Origin: an uncultured delta proteobacterium
GTDB lineage: Bacteria > Myxococcota_A > Polyangia > Fen-1088
DNA length: 64,000 bases
NCBI GenBank assembly: GCA_963767925.1
Contig: CAVYGB010000008.1
Span: 1,632,001 to 1,696,000, forward strand
Direction: 5' to 3'
In this document: piece by piece, positions 63,332-64,000 of the stretch
How the letters are laid out: every line of letters starts with the position of its first letter
Position numbering within the stretch: position 1 is the first letter of the stretch
Notes under the pieces: model-generated
Seen by the model: the letters and a program-made list of their open reading frames with translations, nothing else
What the model was told of the DNA's origin: nothing
The model's database searches: none
Program-made: the position numbers and the translations under genes

Positions 63332-63354
63332 CCGGGACCCTTAGAGGGTCCCGG
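63332..63354. terminator. GC-rich hairpin between convergent genes
   Basis: CCGGGACCCT-TAG-AGGGTCCCGG perfect 10-bp stem; no canonical downstream U-tract. Confidence 0.5.
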
Positions 63355-63389
63355 CCCCCCGCAGACGCGGCGGGACCACCCGGCTCCCG

Positions 63390-64000
63390 CTAGCCCAGGC
63401 CGATCTCGTGGAGGTCGTCTTCGCTGAGGCCGAAGAAGTGTCCGGTCTCGTGCAGGAGGGTGGTGCGGATCTCTGCCCGCAGCTCCTCCTCGTCGAAGGC
63501 GACCCGCTCGAGGTTGCGGCGAAACAGGAGGATCTGGGTGAGCTGGGGCGCGCCCCCAAGGGCCGAGACCTCCGGGTAGGCGATGCCCGCAAACAGCCCC
63601 AGGAGGCGGGGATCCAGCCCGGTTGCCACGTCGCTGCGCGCCGGCCGATCCACGATCAGGATCGGCACCTCGGCCAGTAACCGGCGGGCCCGATCCGGTA
63701 GCTCCGTCAGGGCCGCCTCGGCGACGTCGGCCGTCTGCTTCTCCGTGAGCAACGCCGGCAGCTCGGCGTCCTGCACGGCATCGAGGTCGAGCGTCTGCAA
63801 CCAGGCCTGGCGTTTGGCCGCCTCGTCGCCGGCCAGCTCGGCCGCCACGCCGACGCCGTGCCAGGCGTCGGCGTCCTCGGCGTCCAGGGCCACCGCCCGG
63901 TCGAACCAGGTCTTGGCCTGGCCGGGGTCGTCGATGGCGAGGAACAGATCGGCGATCTCGCGGGCCAGCTCGCCGCTCTCAGCGTCGGTGGGGGCCGGGA
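63390..64000 (-). CDS. TPR plus Zincin-like metallopeptidase family protein (5' end outside the window)
   Basis: LLGLFAG, ILLFRRNL and TLLHETGHFFGL (HExxH) motifs; frame is open to the window edge with TPR-like helices. Confidence 0.85.
   Translation of the reverse strand, partial: PAPTDAESGELAREIADLFLAIDDPGQAKTWFDRAVALDAEDADAWHGVGVAAELAGDEAAKRQAWLQTLDLDAVQDAELPALLTEKQTADVAEAALTELPDRARRLLAEVPILIVDRPARSDVATGLDPRLLGLFAGIAYPEVSALGGAPQLTQILLFRRNLERVAFDEEELRAEIRTTLLHETGHFFGLSEDDLHEIGLG

Overview
High-GC bacterial chromosomal segment, most consistent with Myxococcota (inferred from PilZ proteins, AgmX/PglI-like and MXAN_5187-like C-terminal domains, many lipoproteins and a sigma54-type promoter). 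About 56 CDS. Most are housekeeping or metabolic: UbiB/ABC1 kinase, SOD, Bcp, ElyC, HrpB, a split B12 methylmalonyl-CoA mutase with MeaB and an acyl-CoA dehydrogenase, FadN/thiolase, RluA, gap, queG, cstA, folD, phhA, iscS-mnmA, nadD and NamZ. They are interleaved with many uncharacterised exported or membrane proteins. No rRNA, tRNA, CRISPR array, phage or transposase was recognised. Four conserved genes (acyl-CoA dehydrogenase, FadN, thiolase, gap) carry 1-bp frameshifts that look like sequencing or assembly errors. Best candidates for undescribed biology: (i) a run of exported HEAT, beta-propeller and TonB-C-like genes with helically phased 11-bp repeats, divergent from a Clp ATPase whose first AAA+ ring is degenerate; (ii) a ViaA-like vWA plus TPR/HEAT gene pair with no MoxR ATPase in the window; (iii) an acidic/RGG disordered protein; (iv) a possible switchable 5' leader RNA ahead of an SLT-like gene; (v) a sigma54-preceded Asp-box/TolC-like gene coupled to a PilZ gene; (vi) a HAMP sensor lacking an enzymatic output, divergent from a PilZ gene. 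All family assignments come from reading motifs by eye; no database search was run.
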